Shown one piece after another: positions 8,728 through 18,000 of a stretch of DNA of 64,000 nt. Source of the stretch: Phascolarctobacterium sp. Its GTDB lineage: Bacteria > Bacillota > Negativicutes > Acidaminococcales > Acidaminococcaceae. The DNA is taken from assembly GCA_030523325.1 (NCBI GenBank), contig JAUNIS010000001.1:70251-134250 (forward strand), given 5' to 3'. Made by a program: the position numbers and the translations under genes. The notes under the pieces are model-generated. The model was not told the DNA's origin, searched no databases, and saw only the letters and a list, made by a program, of their open reading frames with translations. Numbering within the stretch: the first letter of the stretch is position 1; every line of letters starts with the position of its first letter.

Positions 8728-9570
8728 TTAGTATTCGTCCGGCATTTCGTCGATTTGGTCACAGGTAAATACAGGACCATCCTTACAAACATATTTTTTA
8801 CCGATATTACAACGACCACATTTGCCAACACCGCATTTCATTTTCAGTTCCAATGTTGTATAAACCTGAGTCTTGGAAAAGCCCATCTCTATGAGAGCTG
8901 CCAAACAAAGCTTAATCATGATGGGAGGACCGCAAAGAAGCACGGTTTTATCAGGAGTAAATTTCAAATCCTTGAGGAAATTTGGAACGAAACCTACATA
9001 ACCATCCCAGCCTTCCTGGGCACGGTCAATCGTTAAATGAACGCGAGTATCCTTTTGGATAGGCCAAACATTGGTGAGCTCGTCGTAACGAACAAAATCT
9101 TCTTTAGATCTTGCACCATAAACAATATCAATGCTACCATAATCTGCACGTTTGTCAAGCATATAGTTAATGACAGAACGCATGGGAGCAAGACCGATAC
9201 CCCCAGCAATAAAGAGTACATCCTTACCTTGAAGCTTATCTTCTACAGGAAAATGATTCCCGTATGGTCCGCGAACAGCAATTTGTTGACCAGCTTCTAC
9301 ATCGAAATGCAGGAAATCAGTAATGGAGCCGCATCTTTTAATACTGAATTCCATATATTTTTCATTGGTAGGAGAAGAAGTGATAGAGAAAATTGCTTCG
9401 CCCTTGCCAGGTACAGAAAGCACCGCGCATTGTCCAGGCATATGCTCGAATAATTTGCCACCGGTTAAGCTTTCTACGCGGAAGGTTTTTACATCGGCAG
9501 TTTCTTCGCAAATGTCAGTGATGACGCCGATTTGAGGAATCAAAGTATCACCGCAATTACACATCGTCAC
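8728..9570 (-). CDS. FAD/NAD(P)H-binding oxidoreductase with C-terminal 2Fe-2S (FlxA / AsrB / sulfhydrogenase-gamma-like)
   Basis: 280 aa with FNR-like fold motifs (RCGSITD, FIAGGIGLAPM) and a C-terminal CGVGKCGRCNIG cluster. Confidence 0.75.
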   Translation of the reverse strand: MTMCNCGDTLIPQIGVITDICEETADVKTFRVESLTGGKLFEHMPGQCAVLSVPGKGEAIFSITSSPTNEKYMEFSIKRCGSITDFLHFDVEAGQQIAVRGPYGNHFPVEDKLQGKDVLFIAGGIGLAPMRSVINYMLDKRADYGSIDIVYGARSKEDFVRYDELTNVWPIQKDTRVHLTIDRAQEGWDGYVGFVPNFLKDLKFTPDKTVLLCGPPIMIKLCLAALIEMGFSKTQVYTTLELKMKCGVGKCGRCNIGKKYVCKDGPVFTCDQIDEMPDEY

Positions 9571-10588
9571 TCACCTCCAAAGCTTTTGCAACCTTTACGA
9601 TATTTAAATTAGCAGGACATTTCTCTAAGCAACGACCACAGCCTACACATGCATAATCGCCATCGTTATTTTCAGGGAAGTAAACAAGCTTATGCATGTA
9701 GCGTTGACGGAAACGTTCCAGCTTAGTCTTACGAGGATTGCCATGAGCCATCTTCGTAAAATCACTAGCCATGCAACTATCCCAGCAACGGAAACGCTCG
9801 GTTGTATTATCGTCCGTCTTGTAATCGCGAATATCGTAGCAATGACAAGTCGGGCACACATAGGTACAAGTGCAGCAGGAAAGACATGTTGCACTCAAGT
9901 CCCCCCAAACCTTGCTATTAAATGTTACAAGCTCATCGCGAGTAAACTTTTCTGCAATTTTAAAATTGGCTAAGGGAAGCAGGCTGAGAATATTTTTAGT
10001 TAATTGAGCTTGCTCTTTTACTGGTTTTGTATCCGCCTCTTCAAAGAGAGCAGCAACTTTTTCCGTTAATGCTTGCCCCTTTTCGCTAACAGGAGACCAA
10101 TAAAGTTCTTCGCCAACAAGCCAAGTATTAATATCTGCCTCGGGACTCGTTGCGTCAATATTAAATGTAGAACAGAAACAAGTTTCTTCAGGCTCAGAGC
10201 AACCAAGTCCGACGATTAAACAATTTTCACGACGAGCCTTGTAATAAGAATCAACGGGGTTTGCGAGAAAAACCTTGTCCAAAAGCTTAAAACTACGAGC
10301 ATCACAAGCTCTTACGCCAAATAAAATTGTTGCGTGCTCGGGAGGAAGAGCTTGCTCGAGACTTAGGCTCTTGCCCTCGGCTTTAAATTTCAAAAGATTT
10401 TCTACTTGAGGAAAGAAGATATCTTTCGCACTTCGAGAAGTTTTTTCATCAAGACAAATCTCGACATCTTCTGAGAATTTTTTGTAGTCCACCTTGCCGG
10501 CTTTATTTTTGGCAGGAACGAGAAGTTCTGCTTTCTTATTTAGTGATGCACAAAGTTCGGGAAGCTTAGCAAGAGAAATCTTAAGCAT
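9557..10588 (-). CDS. 4Fe-4S cluster protein (FlxB / AsrA / sulfhydrogenase-beta-like)
   Basis: 343 aa with CLSCCTCTYVCPTCHCYD and CVGCGRCLEKCP. Overlaps both neighbours (14 nt and 8 nt). Confidence 0.7.
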   Translation of the reverse strand: MLKISLAKLPELCASLNKKAELLVPAKNKAGKVDYKKFSEDVEICLDEKTSRSAKDIFFPQVENLLKFKAEGKSLSLEQALPPEHATILFGVRACDARSFKLLDKVFLANPVDSYYKARRENCLIVGLGCSEPEETCFCSTFNIDATSPEADINTWLVGEELYWSPVSEKGQALTEKVAALFEEADTKPVKEQAQLTKNILSLLPLANFKIAEKFTRDELVTFNSKVWGDLSATCLSCCTCTYVCPTCHCYDIRDYKTDDNTTERFRCWDSCMASDFTKMAHGNPRKTKLERFRQRYMHKLVYFPENNDGDYACVGCGRCLEKCPANLNIVKVAKALEVSDDV

Positions 10589-11570
10589 TTTGACTTCCCC
10601 CTTTCACTGCTTCACTTGGTTCGGGATCGTCTTCCTTGTAGGTTACTTGAGGCGCGCGCGTCTCACAGTCTGCTCCAGCTTGGAACTTTCCGTAGAAGGA
10701 GTTGATGTCCTTCATGAATTTCATATTCAAAAGTCCAAGCTTTACACCTTGAGGGCATACGCGTGCGCATTCGCCACAACCAACACAACGACCAGCTACA
10801 TGGAACGCACGAATGATATGGAAAAGCTGTTCTTCGACAGAATCTGCATAAGCTTTGCCTGCAACCGGTGCTTCAGGATTGTCGAAAATACATTGCTCGC
10901 AGTTACAAGCAGGACAAATATCGCGACACGCATTGCAACGAATACATTTAGAAAGTTCTTCCTGCCAGAAGGCAAATTTTTCTTCCGAGCTCATTGCTTC
11001 CACAGCCTTCACAGCTGCAAAGCGGTCGCCAGTGAATACTGGTACAGGAAGTTTTTCCGCTAACTCTTCGTCGCAAATCATGTAGTCATTGCCCTTACAC
11101 ATCAAACATTTGTCGAAAAGAAAATCTTTTTTAGCTAGTTCAACCTTTCCCTTAGGAGTTGTTACGAAAATTTTTTCGCCAGCAACTTCTACCTTGAGTA
11201 GTGTTTTATAACCAGCAGCTTTAATTTTTTTCGCATCAACCATGCCAGAGCAAGGAGTGCCGATAGCGTAAACAACTTCTCTCTTGACGCGATTGTCTTT
11301 GATGAGTTGATTGACACCATAAGTATCACATGGTTTAAGAAATACTGCAGTCTTAATTCCTGCTTTCGAGCTAGCCATCAAATATTTGCTCAAATTCGCA
11401 GGACAGAATTCGTTGTAAATAATTTCTTGGCAAACAGCTTCATTTTCAAAAGAAGCTGGAGCATTATCGTAGAAAAATTCGCCAGCCTTCCAAGCCAAAA
11501 CTTTTTTTATTTCGCCCTTAGCTAAAAGCTCTTGGGCTTTAACTTGCATTAATGAGTTTATTTTTTGCAT
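10581..11570 (-). CDS. 4Fe-4S cluster protein (FlxC-like)
   Basis: 329 aa with CIRCNACRDICPACNCEQC and CVGCGECARVCP. Overlaps both neighbours. Confidence 0.65.
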   Translation of the reverse strand: MQKINSLMQVKAQELLAKGEIKKVLAWKAGEFFYDNAPASFENEAVCQEIIYNEFCPANLSKYLMASSKAGIKTAVFLKPCDTYGVNQLIKDNRVKREVVYAIGTPCSGMVDAKKIKAAGYKTLLKVEVAGEKIFVTTPKGKVELAKKDFLFDKCLMCKGNDYMICDEELAEKLPVPVFTGDRFAAVKAVEAMSSEEKFAFWQEELSKCIRCNACRDICPACNCEQCIFDNPEAPVAGKAYADSVEEQLFHIIRAFHVAGRCVGCGECARVCPQGVKLGLLNMKFMKDINSFYGKFQAGADCETRAPQVTYKEDDPEPSEAVKGGSQNA

Positions 11571-11992
11571 CTTAAATCCCTCAGCTTAATATTTTCTCCA
11601 AGAGCAGTTACATCTGCCACAAAGCTATTCATTACCTCTGCAAAACGGGCTCCTTCAGCCGCACTCACCCATTCTACGCGGAAACGATTTTTATCAACGC
11701 CCATAAATTCAAGCATGCTCATCAACAAAGTCATACGACGACGAGCATAATAATTGCCAGTCATATAATGGCAATCTCCTGGATGACAGCCGCACATAAT
11801 GACTCCATCAGCTCCACGTGCAAAAGCACGGAGCACGAACATGGGATTGACACGACAGGAACAGGGAACTTTTATTATTTTTACATTTGCTGGATAATTT
11901 TTGCGAGCCGTACCAGCTCCATCGGCACCTGCATAGCTGCACCAATTACAGCAAAAAGCTACGATTTTGGGTTCAAATTTATTTTCTAGCAT
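11558..11992 (-). CDS. mvhD: MvhD/FlxD-type hydrogenase iron-sulfur (delta) subunit
   Basis: 144 aa. IVAFCCNWCSYAGADGAG...KVPCSCRV...CGCHPGDCHY, the classic MvhD pattern. Confidence 0.85.
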   Translation of the reverse strand: MLENKFEPKIVAFCCNWCSYAGADGAGTARKNYPANVKIIKVPCSCRVNPMFVLRAFARGADGVIMCGCHPGDCHYMTGNYYARRRMTLLMSMLEFMGVDKNRFRVEWVSAAEGARFAEVMNSFVADVTALGENIKLRDLRCKK

Positions 11993-13974
11993 AATGCATC
12001 CACCTCTGCCAGAATTTGTTTGTTGCTAAATCCTTTTAGATCCATTGCTAAAGAAGGACAAGCAACAGTGCACGCACCACAGCCTTGGCAAAGAGCTTGG
12101 TTTACACTTGCTACAACTCTCTCTTCACGCACACCGGCGAGAGAAATAACAGTTTTCTTTTCAGAAGTGATTGCGCCATAAGGACAAACCTTGGTACAAG
12201 TCAAGCAACCAGAACAAATTTTTTCGTTGCATTCAGCTGTGCAAGGATTAGTCAGAAGCTTATTCTTTGCTAAAAGACCGATAACCTTGGCAGCTGCCGC
12301 ACCAGCTTGAGAAACTGTTTCCGGAATATCCTTCGGGCCTTGACACATACCGGATAAGAAAATGCCGGCCGTCGGACTTTCAACAGGACGAAGCTTAGGA
12401 TGAGCTTCGACATAGAAATCGTTTGTGTCAATACTTGCAGTAACCATGGTCGCAATTTTGCGAGCTGTATGAGCAGGAACGACTGCAGCCGCAAGCACGA
12501 CTAAGTCCGCGTCCATCATCAAATGCTTGCCGCTATTTAAATCGCTAGCGAAGACGATTAATTTTCCATCTTGCATGGTTACAACCTTCCCGACTTGCCC
12601 GCGAATATAATGCACGCCATATTCTTCGACAGCACGACGTTGAAATTCGTCAAAGCCTTTGCCAGGAGTACGCACATCTATGTAGAAAACCGTTACATCA
12701 ACGTTGGGATATTTTTCGCGAATATACATGGCATGCTTTGCATTATACATGCAGCAAACCTTGGAACAATAAGTTTTACCACGTTCCGTCGTGTCGCGAG
12801 AACCAACGCAGGAAACAATGACGACTTTTTTAGGCTCCTTGCCGTTGGACGGACGAACCAGGTGACCTTCAGTTGGTCCAGCTGCGTTGGTGAGACGTTC
12901 GAGCTGTAAAGAAGTAATGACGTCCTTGCTTCTGCCCCAACCAAGCTCGCCGAATTTTTTCAGGTCAAGCATTTCAAAGCCAGTCGCCAAAACAACAGCA
13001 CCATATTTTTGCGTAATAATTTCGTCTTCTTGACCGTAATCGATGGCACCCGCAGGACAAACCTTGGAACAAATACCACATTTACCTGTTTTAAATTTAA
13101 TGCAAGCATTACGATCGATAACAGGAACCTTCGGAATTGCTTGAGCAAAAGGAATATAAATTGCTCCGCGATTTTTAAGTCCCGTGTCGAATTCGGAAGG
13201 AGTCTTACGAGAAGGACACTTCTCGGTACAAATTCCACAGCCAGAACAAATATCAGCCTTAACACTTCTTGCTCTCTTGCGAATTTGTACTTCAAAATTA
13301 CCTACAAAGCCAGAAACATTTTCGATTTCGCTGTAGGTATAAAGCGTAATATTTTCATGGCTAGCAGCATCAACCATTTTGGGAGTCAGGATACAAGCAG
13401 AACAGTCAAGTGTGGGAAAGGTCTTGTCGATTTGCGCCATCTTCCCACCAATGGTCGGTTCTTTTTCGACAATATCAACCTGGTAGCCGGCTTCAGCGAT
13501 ATCAAGAGCCGTTTGAATACCTGCGATACCGCCACCAATAACGAGAGCACGTTTAACAACTTGGCTTTCTCCAGCTTGCAGTGGAGAATTAAAACGAACC
13601 TTAGCAATAGCTGCCTTAGCTAAACTAATTGCTTTTGCCGTTGCCACTTCTTTGTCTTTAAGAACCCAGGAGCATTGCTCACGAATATTAGCAATCTCTA
13701 CCATATAAGGGTTAATGCCAACACCCTCAGCACATTTGCGGAAGGTTCCCTCGTGCATACGAGGAGAGCAAGAGCAAACTACAATGCGATCGAGTCCATG
13801 CTCACGAACTGCATTGCGAATAATTTCTTGGCCCTGTTCTGAGCACATATATTTATAATCGGTTGCAAAAGCTACGTCAGGAATTATTTTTACTGCTTCA
13901 ACAACCTTGGCCACATCTACTGTGCCGGCAATATTTGAGCCGCACCAGCAAACAAATACACCTATGCGTTGCAC
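11986..13974 (-). CDS. hdrA: HdrA-like heterodisulfide reductase subunit A (FAD plus multiple 4Fe-4S)
   Basis: 662 aa. VIGGGIAGIQTALDIAEAG, several CxxCxxCxxxCP motifs, N-terminal CWCGSNI. Confidence 0.85.
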   Translation of the reverse strand: MQRIGVFVCWCGSNIAGTVDVAKVVEAVKIIPDVAFATDYKYMCSEQGQEIIRNAVREHGLDRIVVCSCSPRMHEGTFRKCAEGVGINPYMVEIANIREQCSWVLKDKEVATAKAISLAKAAIAKVRFNSPLQAGESQVVKRALVIGGGIAGIQTALDIAEAGYQVDIVEKEPTIGGKMAQIDKTFPTLDCSACILTPKMVDAASHENITLYTYSEIENVSGFVGNFEVQIRKRARSVKADICSGCGICTEKCPSRKTPSEFDTGLKNRGAIYIPFAQAIPKVPVIDRNACIKFKTGKCGICSKVCPAGAIDYGQEDEIITQKYGAVVLATGFEMLDLKKFGELGWGRSKDVITSLQLERLTNAAGPTEGHLVRPSNGKEPKKVVIVSCVGSRDTTERGKTYCSKVCCMYNAKHAMYIREKYPNVDVTVFYIDVRTPGKGFDEFQRRAVEEYGVHYIRGQVGKVVTMQDGKLIVFASDLNSGKHLMMDADLVVLAAAVVPAHTARKIATMVTASIDTNDFYVEAHPKLRPVESPTAGIFLSGMCQGPKDIPETVSQAGAAAAKVIGLLAKNKLLTNPCTAECNEKICSGCLTCTKVCPYGAITSEKKTVISLAGVREERVVASVNQALCQGCGACTVACPSLAMDLKGFSNKQILAEVDALC

Positions 13975-13985
13975 TTTTGCACCTC

Positions 13986-14375
13986 CTATTTATTATATTT
14001 GCGAAGCGCAGCCACCAAGGCTTGTTGAGGCATAGCTTCGTCATAATTTTGTAAGTCTTCGATAGCAATTTTATTATTGCCTTGTTGACGGATAGTGTAG
14101 AGCCTTAAGGCTTCCATTAATCTTGCCGGGCTTACCTTTCTCGGGCAACGAGTTTCGCAAGCAAAACAAGATAAACATTTCCAAGGAGAAGTTGCCTTTA
14201 AAATATCTTCGGCTCTTCCCGATTTTAATTCCCAGACAATACGAGAAGGAAGTAAATCCATCTTGTCACCCATGGGACAACAAGCAGAACATTTACCACA
14301 TTGAATGCAGGCAGCAATATCCGTGCTAGCCAATTCTAAAATAGCTTGCACTTTTTCTTGTTCGGTTACTACCAT
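13986..14375 (-). CDS. hdrC: HdrC-like 4Fe-4S dicluster subunit
   Basis: 129 aa with CIQCGKCSACCP and CLSCFACETRCP. Confidence 0.8.
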   Translation of the reverse strand: MVVTEQEKVQAILELASTDIAACIQCGKCSACCPMGDKMDLLPSRIVWELKSGRAEDILKATSPWKCLSCFACETRCPRKVSPARLMEALRLYTIRQQGNNKIAIEDLQNYDEAMPQQALVAALRKYNK

Positions 14376-15169
14376 TATGCTTCCCCTCCTTCAACGCCTA
14401 GAGCCTCAACCAAAATCTCGGTAAAATATTTTACGTTAATTTTCTTTTCGCTGGCATTAGCAACTAAATTATATTGACAAAGAGGACAGGATGTAACAAG
14501 CTCAAGAGCACCAGCTTCCAAAGCACAGCCATTAATTTCATTTACCATTCTTTGGCAAAGAGATTTATCTGTGACAGCCATGTAACCAGCACAACATTCG
14601 TTACGCATATCATAAATTACCGGCTTGGCACCTAAAGCAAGAATCAAATCTTCGATAATCTTAGGACTTTCCGGGTCGTCAAAGGACAAAACGCGTCCCG
14701 GCTTAAGCAACAAACAACCATAGTAAGCCCCAATCATTCGACCCGTGAGAGGATTAACAACTTTTGCCTTTAGATTTGCAAAACCAATTTCATCTCTCAA
14801 TACTTCCAAAAAATGCAAAACCTTGGTCTCGCCACTATAAGGAACATCTACCTCGAGATAATTATTAATCTTGTCACGTATAATTTTGTTATTAGCCATG
14901 TCGTCATTGACTCTCTTAAGCACATGATGACAAGCACTACATAAAGTTACGAGCACTCCTCCATTATCCCTCGCAGCAATTAAAGCTCGAGCCGCACTTA
15001 ACCGCTCAGCAATTGCATCCTCGGCCATGGGATAAACTGCCCCACAGCATTGCCATTCGGGGAGCTCTACTAAAGGAAACCCAAGAGCTTCAGCGCATTT
15101 TCTTGCGGCCACATCTAAAGCCTTAGCCTTTGTAGAGAGAGTGCAACCAGGATAGTAATTATAAATCAT
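14375..15169 (-). CDS. hdrB: HdrB-like subunit with two CCG cysteine-rich domains
   Basis: 264 aa with YYPGCTLS...EWQCCGAVY and YYGCLLL...NECCAGYM...CPLCQ. Its stop overlaps the hdrC start (shared nt 14375). Confidence 0.85.
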   Translation of the reverse strand: MIYNYYPGCTLSTKAKALDVAARKCAEALGFPLVELPEWQCCGAVYPMAEDAIAERLSAARALIAARDNGGVLVTLCSACHHVLKRVNDDMANNKIIRDKINNYLEVDVPYSGETKVLHFLEVLRDEIGFANLKAKVVNPLTGRMIGAYYGCLLLKPGRVLSFDDPESPKIIEDLILALGAKPVIYDMRNECCAGYMAVTDKSLCQRMVNEINGCALEAGALELVTSCPLCQYNLVANASEKKINVKYFTEILVEALGVEGGEA

Positions 15170-15290
15170 ACAAAATCTCCTCCCTTCGCACTTACATAAA
15201 CATCCATACTTACTCTTATTCGACGCGTTTTCCTTTTTTACTCCTATGCAACAGAAAAAATTTATAAAATATTTTAATTAATTCCATTTA

Positions 15291-15315
15291 TAAGAAAAGC
15301 CGTCTAAAAGACGGC
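15291..15315 (-). terminator. Terminator downstream of the LRAT-like gene
   Basis: Minus strand GCCGTCT-TTTA-GACGGC followed by TTTTCTT. Confidence 0.7.
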
Positions 15316-15346
15316 GATGTTAATGTTGAATTCTGAATTCATTTAT

Positions 15347-16318
15347 TTATCTATTCAAAAACTCAAAGATCTTTTGTCTCACTTCTTCCTCGCTCGGAAT
15401 GATCTCGTCGATTTTGGCCGAGACTGATTCGAGAGCTTCAGAAAATCTTGCGATGGTTTCGTCCATATCTTCGTCTGCTTCACGAAGCTTTTGTTCCACG
15501 AGAGGTTTTTGTGATTCTAGAAAGAGATCGATTTCTCTTTGATGCTCTTGCCATAGGTCCCCTGCTTTGTCTATGGGCTCAGCGAGATATGTTTTCAAAA
15601 GCTCTTCGATCATTTCCGCTTGACGGCTTGTAGACAAACCCGTTCTACACCACATAGCGAAATGCTCGCAATTATTAGACGTAAGCTTGTAGTTGCTCTC
15701 GCCAATTCTTTTTCTCGCTCTCTCTAAGGTTTGGTCCAACGAAAAAATGTCAACCCGCTCGAACTTCTTCCAAGTGTCTTCATTAAAACGCAAAACGAAA
15801 AATCTTTTCGTTAGCTTGCCCATAAATTGTCCGAGGAATTCGCTGAAAGGTGCCTCATGAATAAAACATTCTTGAGCATCGGCAACATTTTCGGAAACAA
15901 TATCGGTAATATTTTTTAATTTTTCAACGATTTCGGCAACATCACTAGGCATGTCAGAACGTTTGATATCGTAATTGTAATTCCAAGCATTTTTTAAGGC
16001 AGCCTTACAGCTTTTGGCATCCCAACCGGCAAAACTGTCGTCACCATCCCAATTGAGCGGGGCGTAATGAATAACCTTGCCCTCCCCCGCATAAACTGCA
16101 TAATGCACATAAGGACAGATTACATACAGGCGTTCTACACCAATAATATCGCCGGGATTTAGCTTATCCATTTCCCCGGAAGCAAGAAAATCCCTATACA
16201 CTAGTTGTCCATAATGATATTCAGCTTGAGAAGGGACAGAGCCCCATTTTTGTAAGTCCACGCAACGGCCTCCAATAAACGAAGATAAATCGAAGTGATG
16301 AAGTCTCGATTCCTTCAC
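15347..16318 (-). CDS. LRAT/H-RAS-like-suppressor (NlpC/P60 superfamily) domain protein with insertion and acidic helical tail
   Basis: 323 aa. His box YAVYAGEGKVIHYAP and the diagnostic catalytic box NNCEHFAMWCRTG. About 60 aa is inserted between the boxes. C-terminal E/D/K-rich helix. Confidence 0.7.
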   Translation of the reverse strand: MKESRLHHFDLSSFIGGRCVDLQKWGSVPSQAEYHYGQLVYRDFLASGEMDKLNPGDIIGVERLYVICPYVHYAVYAGEGKVIHYAPLNWDGDDSFAGWDAKSCKAALKNAWNYNYDIKRSDMPSDVAEIVEKLKNITDIVSENVADAQECFIHEAPFSEFLGQFMGKLTKRFFVLRFNEDTWKKFERVDIFSLDQTLERARKRIGESNYKLTSNNCEHFAMWCRTGLSTSRQAEMIEELLKTYLAEPIDKAGDLWQEHQREIDLFLESQKPLVEQKLREADEDMDETIARFSEALESVSAKIDEIIPSEEEVRQKIFEFLNR

Positions 16319-16478
16319 TTAGCACTTTTATTTGCAATTCGCAACTCATAATATTCTTAACGCAACGATTATACCACAAACCACCATAAAATATCTATCA
16401 GTTTTTCTATCATCGTTATATAATATTAATGAAGAAATGTGTTTTTTCTAAGGTAAGTTAAAAGTTTTGGAGATAGAG

Positions 16479-17159
16479 ATGAAATACAAAAAAATTGTTA
16501 AAGGCAAATTTTTAAAAAGGATTAATAGATTCGTCGCTCACGTGGAGATTGATGGAGAATTTCACGTAGTGCACGTGAAAAATACAGGTCGCTGCAAGGA
16601 GCTTTTGACGGACGGGGCAACTGTGTATTTAGAAGAAAGTGATAATCCGTCTCGCAAAACAAAATATGATTTAGTTGCCGTACGCAAGGGAAATTTACTT
16701 ATCAACATGGACTCACAAGCACCTAACAAGGTTGTCGGCGAATGGCTTACAGAAAGTTGTCCCTGGGGCAAGCCTACTTTTATTAAAGCGGAATGCACTC
16801 ACGGTGACTCACGTTTTGATTTTTATGTCGAAACTGAAGAAGAGAAAATTTTCGTGGAAGTCAAAGGCGTAACCCTAGAACGTGACGGTGTCGTACTTTT
16901 TCCCGACGCACCAACTGAACGCGGAGTTAAACATCTTAACGGACTTGTAAAATTAATTGATGAAGGCTACAAAACAGCTGTGTTTTTTGTCATCCAAATG
17001 CAAGGCGTAAAATATTTCACACCCAACCGAGAAACTCATTTGGAATTTGCCAATGCACTCGTCAATGCAGCTCATGCTGGCGTAGAAGTTCTTGCGTATG
17101 ATTGCATAGTCCAAGAAGATGGATTCGTCATCAACGAAAAGGTTGCCGTAAAACTGTAG
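16479..17159 (+). CDS. sfsA: SfsA (sugar fermentation stimulation / DNA-binding nuclease-fold) protein
   Basis: MKYKKIVKGKFLKRINRFVAHVEIDG...HVKNTGRCKELL is the typical SfsA start. ATG at 16479 with GGAGA upstream is preferred to TTG at 16467. The only plus-strand gene in the window. Confidence 0.85.
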   Translation: MKYKKIVKGKFLKRINRFVAHVEIDGEFHVVHVKNTGRCKELLTDGATVYLEESDNPSRKTKYDLVAVRKGNLLINMDSQAPNKVVGEWLTESCPWGKPTFIKAECTHGDSRFDFYVETEEEKIFVEVKGVTLERDGVVLFPDAPTERGVKHLNGLVKLIDEGYKTAVFFVIQMQGVKYFTPNRETHLEFANALVNAAHAGVEVLAYDCIVQEDGFVINEKVAVKL

Positions 17160-17174
17160 AATTGCCAAAAATAA

Positions 17175-17206
17175 AAGGACACTCGCATTTTTTCATGAGT
17201 GTCCTT
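17175..17206. terminator. Bidirectional terminator between convergent sfsA and the nitroreductase gene
   Basis: AAGGACACTC - 12-nt loop - GAGTGTCCTT, with T-runs on both strands. Confidence 0.75.
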
Positions 17207-17211
17207 CAATT

Positions 17212-17793
17212 TTATTTTACCCAAGTAACAGCATTGCCAGTTCTTTCGGCAACCTTTTGGATGAGAGGTTCCACGTAGCCCACGCTTACGGCGGTGCACA
17301 TAGTTTCGTCATCAGCAAGACCAAGGCTCATCATGAAGGAGCGAATGATTTCATCATTGTCGAGCCAATTCAGTTGATTGATATAGCATGCACCCAAACC
17401 TAAAGCATTTGCCGCAAGAAGAATGTTTTCCGTTGCACAAGCGCTATCGGCCATAGCATTGCCGTATTCTTTTTTATTAGCAACGACGATTAAAGCCGGC
17501 GCCTTGTAATGGAACACGTAATTGCCGCGTTTGGAAAATTTCACGGAATTAGCCATGGATTTGTACATGCCTTCGAATAAATCCCACTTAGCAAATTCTT
17601 CTTGCACAAGTTTAGCAAGCTCTGCGAGAACTTCTTTATTCGTAATCACCAGAAAATGACAGCTTTGGGAATTGCCGCCGCAAGGAGCTTGACGACCAGC
17701 CTCTACAAGTGCCCTAAGTTTTTCATCTTCAATAGGCTTATCTATAAATTTCCTATTGCTTCGCCTCGTCATAATACAATCAAGAGCATCCAT
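17212..17793 (-). CDS. Nitroreductase-family (FMN) protein
   Basis: MDALDCIMTRRSNRKFIDKPI... and GGNSQSCHFLVI are typical of the family. ATG at 17793 with GGAGG upstream. Confidence 0.8.
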   Translation of the reverse strand: MDALDCIMTRRSNRKFIDKPIEDEKLRALVEAGRQAPCGGNSQSCHFLVITNKEVLAELAKLVQEEFAKWDLFEGMYKSMANSVKFSKRGNYVFHYKAPALIVVANKKEYGNAMADSACATENILLAANALGLGACYINQLNWLDNDEIIRSFMMSLGLADDETMCTAVSVGYVEPLIQKVAERTGNAVTWVK

Positions 17794-17871
17794 GGTAACC
17801 TCCTCCATCCTCCAAAATAATTATGAATGAATCTTTGCATTTACATTTTAACACTTTTAGAGAAGATAAGC

Positions 17872-17996
17872 AAAACGCGAAAGATTTGGTTTAGACGAGG
17901 CGGAAGGAAAAAAGGATATGGGGACAGTACTGATACCGTACGGACCCATATCCTTTTTGACGACAACGAAGTATAAACCAAATATCTCGCGTTTTT
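17872..17996. ncRNA. Long imperfect hairpin element, copy 1 (candidate structured RNA or repeat; strand undetermined)
   Basis: Outer stem AAAACGCGA/TCGCGTTTT. Middle stem GATTTGGTTTA/TAAACCAAAT. Inner stem AAAAAGGATATGGG/CCCATATCCTTTTT. Conserved internal loop (GACGAGGCGGAAGG opposite GACGACAACGAAGTA) and apical GACAGTACT-GATAC-CGTACGGAC. Confidence 0.55.
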
Positions 17997-18000
17997 ACAA

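Noticed and set aside
8155-13623. Long plus-strand ORFs inside the hdr/flx genes (for example 8155..8613, 10494..11063, 13009..13623), and likewise 19933..20457 and 20485..21159 in leuA and 43733..44101 in the lptFG-like gene
   Set aside because: All are antisense to strongly motif-supported minus-strand genes. Their translations are Cys/Thr/Asn-rich mirror images with no RBS.
11986-13974. Possible selenocysteine recoding in hdrA/mvhD
   Set aside because: Both ORFs are uninterrupted, with Cys at the expected cluster positions and no in-frame TGA, so there is no evidence for Sec.
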